Assembly: GCA_951406725.2 (NCBI GenBank)
Contig: OX597814.1
Coordinates: 49,910,001-49,974,000, forward strand
From: Octopus vulgaris
Taxonomy: Eukaryota
DNA: 64,000 nt
Direction: 5' to 3'
Position numbers and translations under genes: made by a program. This document shows positions 43,055 to 56,552 of the stretch, in pieces. Position 1 is the stretch's first letter. Each line of letters opens with the position of its first letter. The notes below the pieces were generated by a model. The model saw nothing but the letters and a program-made list of their open reading frames with translations. It made no database searches and was not told the origin of the DNA.

Positions 43055-43554
43055 TTCTGCTCAATACCACAGATTTGCTTGTCAGTTGTTTGACCTTAAC
43101 CAGTTGAGTATGTCCCTTAGTGGCTGACGATATGTGCATCTCTGATCACGAGCAGAAGTAGTGGGGGAGCATAATAGCCATGTGTTGAGAGGGATTCTTT
43201 GGGGTTTGAATAATTCACCTCTGGAAACATGGGTGGTTCTTTCAACATCCTTAAACAACCCTTATTCAGGGACCTTTTGAGCGGGATGGGCTACTCAACC
43301 TGAAGAAAACTCTAACTGGGCCCCACCTGCAAGGTCATGTGCTGTTTATCTTGATATGAGATTACCATGTCGCGCACATATGGTTGTGATGCATGTGCCT
43401 GGTGTACCCTTATCAGACGGGTAGTCATGATGGGTATATTGGGCTTCGTATATTTTACCCCAGTGTCACTTTGATGGCATGAACTGCTCTCTCACTCAAT
43501 AATAATAATAATAATAATAACAATAATGATAATAATAATAATAATAATAATAAT
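42884..43554 (+). mobile_element. Two stacked 5'-truncated copies of a non-coding (AAT)n-tailed element (42884-43033; 43036-43554)
   Basis: Shared 3' end gtgcctggtgtacccttatcagacgggtag...ctcactcaat-(aat)n with different 5' truncation points. Confidence 0.85.
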
Positions 43555-43920
43555 ACAATCATAGATAAGGAAAACTGAAGTTGCTTACTTATCGGTCCAC
43601 TTGCCCGTTTGATTCTAGGATCTTAAAGAAAGCGGAAGATAAACAAAGAAAATAAAATTTGAAATTTTGGAGCATGTGAACCGTAAAGGTTGTGCCTATA
43701 ATGATTGATGCGTTGGGAACAGTAAGCCAAGATATAGACAAATGGTCGAAGGAGAATGAAACAGAATGCCCGATAGAGCACCCACAGAAAGTGTGCCTTT
43801 TAGAGAGAGGAAATATTATCAGGAGGGTTCTAAGTACTTGAAAGACTGCCGAAAACACGTGGTTACTTTAGGTTACAGGTAGTAACCCGCTACCCACGCT
43901 AATCATACCAGGAATAAGAC
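43555..43920 (+). mobile_element. Third R4/Dong-like 3' fragment
   Basis: TIIDKEN..CPFDSRI..VKVVPIMIDALGTVS..ECPIEHPQKVCLL..IIRRVLST*. Confidence 0.8.
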
Positions 43921-43924
43921 CAAA

Positions 43925-44312
43925 CCTGTGCATCTCTGATCAGGAGCATGATTAGTTGGGGAGCACCATAGCCATGTGTTAAGAGGGATTTGGGTGGGGG
44001 TTGAATGATTCATAGCTTGAAAGAGGAGTGTTTCTTTCATCGTCTTTAAACAACCCTTATACAGAGATCTTTTGAGTTGGGTAGGCTACTCGACCTGAAT
44101 AAAATTCTAACTGGGCCCCACCTGCAAGGTCATACCCTGTTTATCTTGATATGACGTCACCAATTCGCGCACATACTGTTATATGCGTGACTTGGTTATG
44201 CTGCTTGTGCCTGCCTGGTGTACCCTTATGAGACCTCTAGTTATGATTGGTGTATTGGGCCTCATATTTGCTCCCCAGTGTCACTTTGGTGGCGTATGCT
44301 ACCTTTTCATTC

Positions 44313-44344
<32 letters not shown>

Positions 44345-44450
44345 TAATAATAATAATAATGATAATAATAATGAGAAGAAGAAGAAGAAGAAGAAGAAGA
44401 AGAAGAAGAAGAAGAAGAAGAAGAAGAAGAAGAAGAAGAAGAAGAAGAAG
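43925..44450 (+). mobile_element. Older copy of the (AAT)n-tailed element followed by (AAT)n-(AAG)n
   Basis: Colinear with 43133-43500 (tgtgcatctctgatca...ctaactgggccccacctgcaaggtcat...ccccagtgtcactttg). Confidence 0.85.
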
Positions 44451-46463
44451 AGGAAGGGGATAGACAACAATAAGTATTTGACTGGTACGTATTTTATCAA
44501 CTCCAGGTGGATGAACGGTAAAACTGATCTTGGCAGAATCCGAACTCAGAATGTTAAAGTGCTATAGCTAAATACTGCAAGCTATTATGTCTAATTCTCT
44601 ATCTGTTCACTGATACAAAATGAAACTGTAAAACTTTATCAGGAAATGTTATTCATTCTTTTTTACTTGAAAAAGCTTCTAAAAATTCATCTGATATTCT
44701 TTCGAAGCTATAGCACATATTTTTCGACACGATATCTCCGATGGAAGCTCTAGTCGCATAACTTCGTTTGTTGCCCAAGATTATGAAAGAACCATGTTCA
44801 GAGTGGATCTGAATTCCCGTGTGTAGATATCAACATGTGGCGTTGCTTGTATTGTTTCAGAAGTTCTATCTTTTCGGTTCTGTCTTTTCTCTATCACTTT
44901 CTTTTCTCCGTTTGCCTCCTGGAGTTAGTTATGGTTATTTATCTCCAGGCAATTCAAGCACATTGGCATGTTGATATTAACTGTGAATTCCGCAGTGGTA
45001 TTGCCTGAAGTTAACAGTATTCTGACATTGCAGGAAAGAATTTCACACAAATCTCGATGTAAACAAAACTGCTAGCAATCTTCATATTTCTCTCTCCTTC
45101 TTTTCTTCATTCACCCTCCCTCGTTTCATTTCTTCTGTTCATAAAAAAATAAAAATAAAAAAAAAGATAAAAAATTTTGCTCGAAAAATCTTCTGTCGTA
45201 AATAATACGTGAGTAACATTTTAAAATTGAAACTGCAGAAGAACAGGAGAAAGCGCCAGAATTATCAAGGGAAGAGATAGAAAGACAGGAATAGAGAGAT
45301 ATAAAGATAGGAGAGAAACAGACATAGCAGAAAGAGAAAAAGGCGGTAAGTATGAGTATAGGTGAAAGAGAGGGAGAGAGGGAGAGAGAGAGAGAGTATA
45401 AAGATAGAAACTGGGCGGGAGATACAGAGATACAGAGATAGTGAGATAAAGAGAATGAGAAAAGAAGAAAAAAAAGAAACGAAATGCAAAATCAAATGAA
45501 AGAATTTGGTAGAAAATGCTCTTAGAGCCCGAATGTCTGTGAATTGTTTAAAACATTTTAATAATATTTTGTTTTTGTGAAAATAATTTATCGAATCTGA
45601 ATGAAATACTAGAGGAAATAAATAAAAGACAAATTGATTAATGGGAGGTATAAACTTATATAATAACAGAAATATATTATAAAAGTAAAATAATTAAAAT
45701 AAGAGAATCAACGATAAAATAATGATGGATACAACCGACAAAAAGAATTGATAATGTTAATACAATGAAAATCTACGAAACTGTTTTAAATATGAATTTA
45801 AATAATTTAAATAAAATGTACATAAAATGGCATTTTTTAAATATTTAAAATAAATCTGTGATGATCGCTGTAGAGAAGATGTATCTATTTCTCGTTTCCA
45901 ACAAATTCGTTTCGTTTACACTACACGAACATGATGACTTTTCGTTTGAACACTCATAAAATTACACGGGACTTCTTATGCATGTATAAGGAAAATAAGT
46001 TAATATATAAATTGAAAATTTATGTCTACACTGAATACAGTTGACTTTACTCATCGCCTTAGAAAGAAATAAAATATTTGTGTCACTAGTGTATTCGAAT
46101 GATATTACTCAGTCCCAGGTCAGATTTCATTGAGTAGAATATATGATCTGAGGCATCTCAGCTTTTGTAAAACAGTAAAACTGTGGTGCATTAAAACTTT
46201 ACTTAATGACAGCATGCCATTAGAAAGGAAACTAACACAAATTTAGAACCAGTTTGACTATCTTCAGAATATTTAGATACAAATGACACCTTTCATTGTA
46301 GTAGCCTGATTTTCTGTCGGGAATGTTAATGTTGATTTGTGTTTGTGTTATCAAACTAATGTTTGAAACATTGCGCACGTATATTTGTGTATAGGTGTGT
46401 GCACACATAAATGATTTTGAATATATGATGATGATGAGGAAAATGATGATGATGATGATGATA

Positions 46464-46516
<53 letters not shown>

Positions 46517-46789
46517 CAGTAGGTAGCCTGACTGTGTAAACCCATAACCAAACACTCTTCCGCCTTTTAAGGAGTATGTAGAACTATATTATCAAGAGTT
46601 TCCCTATCTTATTTCAGACAAAACAATGTGATTTGACAGTGACTTAGCTGTTATTTATAACGGATCGAATGACTACGGAGGGGAGACTTTCTCGTTGGAT
46701 CGTAAGACTTTATGAGGAGGAGATAAGTATTTTTATATGTTTCCTTGTTTCAAAAATGAATTTAATAAAATAAGGATAAAATTGATTTA

Positions 46790-46995
46790 AAATTTTGGCA
46801 CAAGGCCAGCAATTTCGGGGGAGAGGATCAGTTAATTACATCGAACCTAGTGTTCAACTGATACTTATTTTATCGACTCCGAAAGGATGAAAGGCAAAGT
46901 CGACCTCGACGGAATTTGAACTCAGAACATGAAAACGGGCGGAATGCCGCGAAGCATTTTGTCTGGTGGGCTAACGATACTGTCAGTTCACCGTG
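46790..46995 (-). mobile_element. SINE family B
   Basis: gaaaggatgaaaggcaaagtcgacctcgacggaatttgaactcagaac. Confidence 0.87.
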
Positions 46996-47394
46996 TTAGA
47001 AAGAAGTAAAATATTGGTGTTACTATCGTATTCGGAATGAAATTAATTAAATATATATTATTTTAGCTGAGTGCTACAATTAACCAAGTTAATAAATCGC
47101 TGTGAGTACTGTGGTGTTGGCAGTCGGTGTTATGGGACGTGATGAGCTATGTGGTGCTGGTGGAGAGGATGACAGATGAGGTGGGCGGAAGAGGTCAAGC
47201 AGGACGCACGTGTGGTCATCGAGCATAGACGACGAAGCGATAGAACGTGTCGAATTCGTGAGAGACCGCTGATTTTCGCCGAGGTAAGGCCTTTTGTATT
47301 TCTTTCTCCCGTTGCTTCTTCTTCTGTTGTCCTCTTCATCCATCACACTACAAGTACCTACTACTTTTTCACACTTTTACACGTTTCAGGCATT

Positions 47395-47649
47395 TGGAGC
47401 ACTGACTTTAGTCGAAGAAACCGACCATTCTTTGTAAACCTAGTACTTATTCTTCGTAAGCCTAGTACTTATTTTATCGGTTTTTTGCAGAACAGCTATA
47501 TTTCGAAGACCTAAACACACCAACATCGGTTGTCACGCGATGATGGGGGGACAAACATAGGTAGAAAGACACACACACACACACACACACACACATTAAT
47601 ATATATGCATAAATGTATGTATATATGTATTATGTATGTATGTAAGTAT

Positions 47650-47680
<31 letters not shown>

Positions 47681-47699
47681 GACACATACATACATACAC

Positions 47700-47734
<35 letters not shown>

Positions 47735-47897
47735 CGACGGGCTTCTTTCAGTTTCCGACTACCAAATCCCCTTACAAGGCTGTGGTCGGCCCGAGGCTAT
47801 AATTGAAGACACTTGCCCAAGGTGCCACGCAGTGGGAATGAACTCGGAACCATGTGGCTGGGAAGCAAGTTTCTTACCACATACCAAAGTCTGCGCC
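47395..47897 (-). mobile_element. SINE family A with internal microsatellite
   Basis: acgacgggcttctttcagtttccgactaccaaatcc...gaagacacttgcccaaggtgccacgcagtggg...cttaccac. Confidence 0.88.
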
Positions 47898-49901
47898 GAG
47901 TTTATTTCTTTTCATTAACAAATTTACTGAGACTTAACACTTAATTTCTCCGCTCGCCTCTATGTAAATAGATGCCATGGGACATCTTTGGATAATTAAT
48001 GAGTGTGTCATTAGCTATTGTGGTTAGTTCATTGTATGAAGCAGATGACTACAAAGTGACCTCAGACTGATATCCACTATCATCAGAATCCTTCGTATGT
48101 CCCCAACAGTCTTTCAACACAATATGGATTATATCAGATAATGTCAAATAGCTAAGTCAACTAAAAAGTTTCAATTCTAGGATGTGTCTTCATGACAGCT
48201 ATTATAGATTTCTTTAGTAAGAGAAAAGTAGTATGGTGACATCGAGTTGATAGTCAATGTTATTAAGTGAGTGTGTGTGTGTGTGTGAGAGAGAGAGGGG
48301 GAAGACAGGCAGTCAGACAGACAGGGAGAAAGAAAGTGAGAGAGAGAGAGAGCGAAAGAGAAAGAGAGAGAGAGGAAGAGAGAGAGAGTTCTACAAACTC
48401 TCTGTTAAAGATTGCCCTGGTGAGGGCCAATTATAAACTTAGTTATAATTCATATGTATACTTTATAGAGTAAAACAAAAACGAATGGAAAACAAACCCG
48501 TTGCTGAGCGTGTAAGAACTCCAGTTCAATTACTGTCACAAGAGTTTCATTGTGATTAAAGATACTTCCAATGGCCAATAGCAGCAAGCTGTAAATAGAA
48601 GCCATAATGAGTTAAGGTGATAACACTGTGTATTTGATCAGTGTTTTTGTTTGTTTTCTAGAGAGGAAGTAAAAAGCTAAAAAAACATCTAATAAAAAAA
48701 GAAAGAAGAAGAAGCGACAATAAAACTGCTATGGAGGCATGTAACATAAATCTCAATAATGTCACTATTGAAATGTTGCCTTCAAATTAGACTCTGATGT
48801 TGACTTAGCAACCATTTTTTATCATGAATACATATTGTGGACGACTTAAAATGTCCTGATGCTTTTCTATAGCAGAAAAGAGTCTAGTTCACTCCCTTTG
48901 CATAATGTAGTGTGGCGCCTGAAGAAAAGGCTGTTTATCTAAAAATATGAGGTGACCAGTTTATCAAATCTACATTACGTCTTAAGGTTATTAAGTCATT
49001 GGAGTCTTGGTTTTCAAACAATTAGAGGGCGATCCAAGAGTAACTGCAGTTATTACTACAAGGTGGCGAATTGAGCATGAGACAGAATACCTTGCGGTAT
49101 TCGTTCCGCCTCTGGTGCTCTTAGCTCAAATCTTCTTCATAATCTTCATTACTTCTTCATCTTTTTTTCTCTCCTTGTTGTTGTTGTTGTTCTTCTTCTT
49201 CTTCTTGTTCTCTTCCTCCTCCCCCTCCTTCTCCTCCTCCTCCTCTTTCTTCTTCTTTCACCCCCTTTCTGGATTGTAAGTCTCAGCTTGTCATATTAAC
49301 TTGCTTTGCGTTGCGACCTCAACACAAGGCCACGCGCCTTCACTATATGATTATGAATTAATCGAAGTGTACAGTATCATATATCCATTAAGGCCGTTCT
49401 TAACAATCGGTTTCGCACTTGGGGTTCAACGGAGTGTTAGGTAACAGTCCGATTATGTAACCCTGCGCTCATCTGAGGTAGCCGCTGTGGAATGAATATG
49501 GAAACTGCTCTCTATTGTTGGAGATGCATAGACAGATCCGGTATATATATATATATATATAGGACAACACTTTATTGCATTTTGTTATAGATACATCTAA
49601 CATATTAGATATCAAAATATTCTCCTGATGATCAATTACGGTTGGAATCCAAGTGCATTTGGATTCCAACCGTAAGTTTCAGTTAATTGAAATAGTGAAA
49701 CGTACGTTAGAACTAAATATATCAAATATTTATATTTGTACCTATCTTAATTTTCCACTGTATATACTCTGTATATCATAAGTACTACCACTGCTAAGTA
49801 CAAACGTCGACTAACCACTATACTGGAAGCTGACTGGATAATGATAATCTATGTGGAACTCTAACTGATAGAGTTCTAGTTATGCACCTAACTGTATCCA
49901 C

Positions 49902-49941
<40 letters not shown>

Positions 49942-50089
49942 GTGGATATGGCTGATCCATATCAGTTGCTACAGTCAGGTGGAGGTATTCGTCATACAAG
50001 TAAAAGCAGTTATGCCTGTTGACATCACCTGACAACTTCAAACAGGCCTAGTCTGACCAAACAATCTTGTAAAAGAATTGTGGATTTCC

Positions 50090-50530
50090 ACGAATGCCAT
50101 TCAGCATCTCTGCGAACTGCGTATGACGATCTGGGCCATCTTTTGCTAAAGGTTTACAGGAATCTGGGTCGATATGGCTTCAAGTTCAGTTGTTTCTTGA
50201 GACTACCCAGTTGATTCGTGAGATGCTTAACTCAGCCGATGCTCGTCTGGTAAGTTTCATAGGGCCATACACAAACCCCAGACTTGCTTGCATCAGATTT
50301 TGCTCAGTGGTAACAGTTCGTGGACGTCCGGAGTTCGGTATATTCTTCAGTGAGCCTGTCTCCTCGAATTTGTCTCCCATCTTGTAAATCAACTGTCTTG
50401 ACGACGGATCGGTGTGGAAGGTTTTTGTCCACTTCTAGTACCTTTCTGCATTTTCAAATTCCCGGGAATTCGCTACAATTCATTTTTTCTCGATATCTGT
50501 CAAGTGGCCTACCATTACGTCGCACAACCC
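50090..50530 (-). pseudogene. Tc1/mariner-superfamily transposase N-terminal relic
   Basis: [44 protein letters not shown], followed by a PVNL..DGPDRHTQFAE-like stretch. Confidence 0.7.
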
Positions 50531-50899
50531 TGAAAAATAAAGACTGTCAGCCTACTTTTGTACCACGCTGTAAAGACACGCATGCAAACATACACACTTG
50601 CGGGTGCACACACCTAAGTAAAAACAACATACACACATTCATCTATAGAAATATACATTCATGTGTACGTATGTTGGTATATGGGGACTTATTTGTTCAC
50701 AAAGATGTATCTTACTTTTATAATTAGATATTTTCATTATTACGTTCAATATATAGAGAACAATTTGTCTGTACAGAGAAGCAATATTATTTGAATTTTC
50801 CCAGATTTTAGTATAAAGTAATGTATATCAATATACACAGACATAAATAAATGCATATATGAATAATCACACTGCCACACACAGGCGCATACACATACA

Positions 50900-52180
<1,281 letters not shown>

Positions 52181-52617
52181 GCGTTATATATCAGCTTACA
52201 ATTCAATATCAACTTAAATATTAACTCAATAAATGTAGTAGGCTTTGTAGAATTTAATAAACTCTACGAGGAAATCGGTGATAGTGACTTCAAAGTTTAA
52301 GCTTGGTAGGATGCATCTCATTGTGCTTTACTTGGGTTCTTTTTGATTTTATATAGTTTTTGTAACAAATAGTTTCTGAACAATAACTTTCCCATCTGCT
52401 TACACCACACATAAGTATTATTCACATAGTTCCACCTAATCCCCAAAGACTATATAAGTCCCCCACCCCCCAAACAAACAAACAAACAAAAAACAAATAT
52501 GACAGTCTGATGGAGATGAGAATTCGAAGTCATTGTCAACTATTTCCTTGAAGGAGTAAATATATATGTGTAAGGACACGTGTATGTGCGCGTGCATGTA
52601 TATACATAAACACATAT

Positions 52618-52915
52618 GTGAGAGCGCATGGCCTAGTGGTTAGGATCTACTCGCAATCGCGAAATTGTAGTTTCAGTTACTGGAATGGGTGGTGCGTTGT
52701 CATCTTGAGCAAAACATCTCATTCCACGTCGCCCTGCGATAGCTTAGACACCTGAAGTGTGGTACAACGTGCATCTGTTCAAGCAGCATTGATTTGGCGG
52801 AGATTGTGAGCTAATGTACAGCACATACGTTTGATTAATATAAACAAATCATTTGTACAGGTTGTTCAGCAAGAGATTGCAGAACTGTCATTCACCGGCT
52901 CCAAGAGACTACCAT
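52618..52915 (+). mobile_element. Degenerate tRNA-derived SINE
   Basis: gcgcatggcctagtggttagg A-box; gcgttgtcatcttgagcaaaaca core. Confidence 0.6.
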
Positions 52916-52951
52916 TATATATGCACGTATATGTGGATATGTTTGTGTGTG

Positions 52952-52987
<36 letters not shown>

Positions 52988-52989
<2 letters not shown>

Positions 52990-53184
52990 GGTCCCGGGTT
53001 GATTCGGGGTTAACCACAGTAAGTAAGGTACTCAATACATGGCAGAGTAAAATTAATTTATTATATAGAAGGAGTTACAGGACTAGTACTGTTTCATTCA
53101 AGAGAAATCTTCAGGATGCTTCCTGAAGATTTCTCTTGAATGAAACAGTACTAGTCCTGTAGAAGCTCCTTCTATATAATAAAT
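52988..53184. mobile_element. (TA)n-bracketed cassette with ~129-bp palindrome and hammerhead motif
   Basis: 53056-53116 / 53121-53184 inverted; CTGAAGA(53123)-t ttc tctt gaa t-GAAA-cagtacta-GTC. Confidence 0.72.
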
Positions 53185-53517
53185 ATATATATATATATAT
53201 ATATATATGCACGTACTTGTGGGTATATTTTGTGTGTGTATGTGCGTGTGTGTGTATGTTTACAAATGTACGTGCATACACATACATGTATATGTACGTA
53301 TCACTTGATATACGTTGATTTGCATACAAATTTGTGTACACACACACACACACATAAATATATACATATATATATATTCATTAATGTCATTAATGCTTGA
53401 ATATGAAAATATGTTTAGATTAGTTTATATATATTTAAGAATGTATATATATAACGTATGTATATAGCATGTTAGTAAGATAGATATTAGTTTACATATA
53501 TACATACACACACACAC

Positions 53518-53548
<31 letters not shown>

Positions 53549-54404
53549 CGTGGTCTGATCAATAAGTATTCGGACTGTTGCCATAGTAACGAGGTTAAAG
53601 CATGCAGAGTAAAGCCGTCTGGTGCAGATTGATCTTGAACTCTGCTGTGTATGCGCAGTAAGTTTTAACGTTCTAGCTTACTTCCCCTGTTTACAGCAGT
53701 GCTCGGAAGGAAAGTGTGTAGCATGTGAACTTCGCATTGAATCTGCATCAAATTTTGCCAAAATCTTGGCGGTTCCTGCTCAGAGGCCTACGCAAAGTTT
53801 TCAAAGATTTTCTTCGTCCTCGATACAATCAAGGAGATCTTGTGCAACTAAAATCCGAGTGTCTTTTTGGTTAGCTGAAAGCAATTTTGGCAAAAACTTG
53901 GCAGACGCGCGTCTCATACCCAAATCTTCAGTGATAATGGACTGAACTGAACCCTAACTAATCTGCACATCCTCTGATAAATCACAGATGGTGATTCGAC
54001 GATTTCTTCTCACAGCTGCACGCACATCCGCGATGTTTTTGTCAGTTCTGTTGATTGTGGGCCTCCCAGAATGTTCGTCAATATCGACATTTTCCGACCC
54101 ATCTTAGAAACCTCCGAACCACTCGTACATTTGTGTGCGACTCATACACTCCTCTCCATACGCTTTCTGCAACTTTGCTTAGGCCTCTGAGCAAGTATGT
54201 TTATGACAACTTTCTCTGTCATGGTCTATGCGACGAACACACGCTACACAACTTCACTGTAAACAGTGAAAGTGAGCTAGAACGTTAAAACTCAATGTCC
54301 ATGCACAGCAGAATTCAAGGTCAATCTGTGCCGAGCGGATTCGCTCTACATACTATAGTTTTGTTTCTAAGGCAACAGTCCGGATACTTATTGATCAGCC
54401 CTCG
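53549..54404. mobile_element. Mariner-derived non-autonomous element built from two 5' halves
   Basis: TA on both sides; TIRs cg(tggt/aggg)ctgatcaataagtat(t/c)cggactgttgcc; ~180-bp inverted ends; minus-strand LQKAYGEECMSRTQMYEWF..SGRP..RRITICDLSE..SAKFLPKLLS; plus-strand ICIKFCQNLGGSCSEAYAK. Confidence 0.9.
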
Positions 54405-54405
54405 T

Positions 54406-54744
54406 ATAAAGACCTCCTTCGGTCATGAATGACCATGGGATTGCACCTAGAAAGTTACCCTCCTAGACACAAGTCCGGGCAAGGTTGTTTTATGGAAGAC
54501 CAGCAGTCGCCCATGCATACCAGCCTCCCTCTCCACGCCACCAGTGTTATCCAAGGGAAAGACAAAGGTCGATACAGCTTGGCACCAGTGACGTCGCAAC
54601 TCATTTCTACAGCTGAGTGAACTGGAGCAACGTGAAATAAAGTGCCTTGCTCAAGAACACAACACGCAGCCCGGTCCGGGATTCGAGCTCACAACCTCAC
54701 GATCGTAAGCTCGACGCTCTAACCACTGAGCCATGCGCCTTCAC
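54406..54744 (-). mobile_element. Young full-length tRNA-derived SINE (family C) with RTE-like body and tail
   Basis: Minus strand: gtgaaggcgcatggctcagtggttagagcg (A-box), gagctcgaatcc (B-box variant), tail ccatggtcattcatgaccgaagg. Confidence 0.92.
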
Positions 54745-54773
54745 TATATATATATATAGCCCTCGTATATATA

Positions 54774-54835
<62 letters not shown>

Positions 54836-54999
54836 AGATAGGGGTTGAAAATTCAACCCACCATGGGATAATATATATCCAATATACTGCTAGATAGGTA
54901 CCCAACAAGACTAATACATAGATGTTAAAAATTGCCAAACAATCAGTTCATCTATTGTATTATATGGGTAAAGGTAATAATATTACCGTAAATTAATAC

Positions 55000-55227
55000 T
55001 ACAAAATTAGAGAATGGAGAAACATACTTAAATCAATAAAACATCAACTATCAGATGATACCCAATCAATACTTTAATACACCATTACATATCAGTAAAG
55101 GCATTATACAAAATATACAGTATATAATGCCTTTACTGATATGTAATGGTGTATTAAAGTATTGATTGGGTATCATCTGATAGTTGATGTTTTATTGATT
55201 TAAGTATGTTTCTCCATTCTCTAATTT

Positions 55228-55231
<4 letters not shown>
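55000..55231. repeat. Perfect inverted repeat, ~109-bp arms, 14-nt loop
   Basis: tacaaaattagagaatgg...gcattata / tataatgc...ccattctctaattttgta; no mismatch seen by eye. Confidence 0.95.
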
Positions 55232-55307
<76 letters not shown>

Positions 55308-55382
55308 GGATAAAATTTTTTTCCCAAAAATTCCATCAAATTGCCCACCATATTAAAATACCTTTAAAGGTGAAAATTATAA

Positions 55383-55521
55383 ACAATTATAAATAAGGGC
55401 AAAAGAAAAAAAGATTTCTATGCTAATATGCTGAGAATGAACTTTAAATCGTCAATCACGTTTTAAAGTTTATTCTCACCATACTGGCATAGAAATTTAT
55501 TTTCTTTTGTCCTTGTTTATA

Positions 55522-55527
<6 letters not shown>
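55383..55527. repeat. Imperfect inverted repeat, ~70-bp arms, 5-nt loop
   Basis: acaattataaataagggcaaaaga...ctttaaatcgt / acgttttaaag...tcttttgtccttgtttataattgt. Confidence 0.85.
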
Positions 55528-55574
<47 letters not shown>

Positions 55575-56480
55575 CCACACTCACATATGAATACAGATAT
55601 CGAGTTTCTAATGCGTCTATGATATTCTATACATTAAAAATTACATAACTCAGCCCCAAGCACACACACACACGCACACACACACACGCACACACATACA
55701 GACCCACACACACACATCGCACGCTCGCACGCACACGCACACGCATGCAAGCTCTTGCGATAGCGATGGAGGGCACCACAAGATCATCTAGTAGTATTTG
55801 GACTTTAGATTATACTCTAGATAACCAAATATGTAGGAGAAGGATACTTTGATGTAAAAATCGAAGATCTCTTAGCTTTTGGATGGAAAGGAAGGAAAGA
55901 AGGAAGGAAGGAAAGAAAGAATTTTTTGCTGTCTGAGAAATGAGTGTATCCCTGATTTCACTCTCAGTAACATATTCCACGCATAGGAATCTTTTGGAAA
56001 ACACATCATGGCTGTACAAATTCCCGCGACGATGGAAAGTAGAGAAACAAATAAGCTTGACTAGTTTGAAGTGTGTAAATCCAAATCTGCATATAGGTGG
56101 CTTTGGCAGTAGGCAACTGTTATATTAAACCAAGGCAATAGAGAGATTCGGTACCTCTTAGTTTGACTGAGAAACCTCTTTTTGAGGTTAGCATTGCTGA
56201 CCAGTACTCAGTAATTTTCTGGTAAAGATGGTCTAAACAAAACTTACCAAATTCTGGATCTGGTCAGTAACCCATCGACTTTCGGCAGTTTTATCATTGC
56301 GGGTTGCCATGGTAAATATACCCCAAATTTTTAATATACTAAGTACTGGCGCGAATTGACTTCCATTATTACATACAAGCATAATACATATATGCATACA
56401 TACATACATACATACATACATACATACATACATACATGCATGCACGTATGTATGTATGTATATATGTATGCAAGCATGTG

Positions 56481-56535
<55 letters not shown>

Positions 56536-56552
56536 TATATATATATACATAT

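Noticed and set aside
42884-44372. Repeat-spacer appearance suggesting a CRISPR-like array
   Set aside because: Units are 100-460 bp with variable 5' ends and AAT tails; eukaryotic retroposon pattern, no cas genes.
48400-49000. Unique AT-rich blocks with homeodomain-like motifs (also 22680-22940, 28300-28560, 60500-61400)
   Set aside because: Such motifs are expected by chance in AT-rich DNA; enhancer function cannot be supported without conservation data.
54670-54744. tRNA-like sequence with A and B boxes (also 1544, 62048)
   Set aside because: Continues into repeated SINE bodies and lacks a clean cloverleaf; SINE heads, not tRNA genes.
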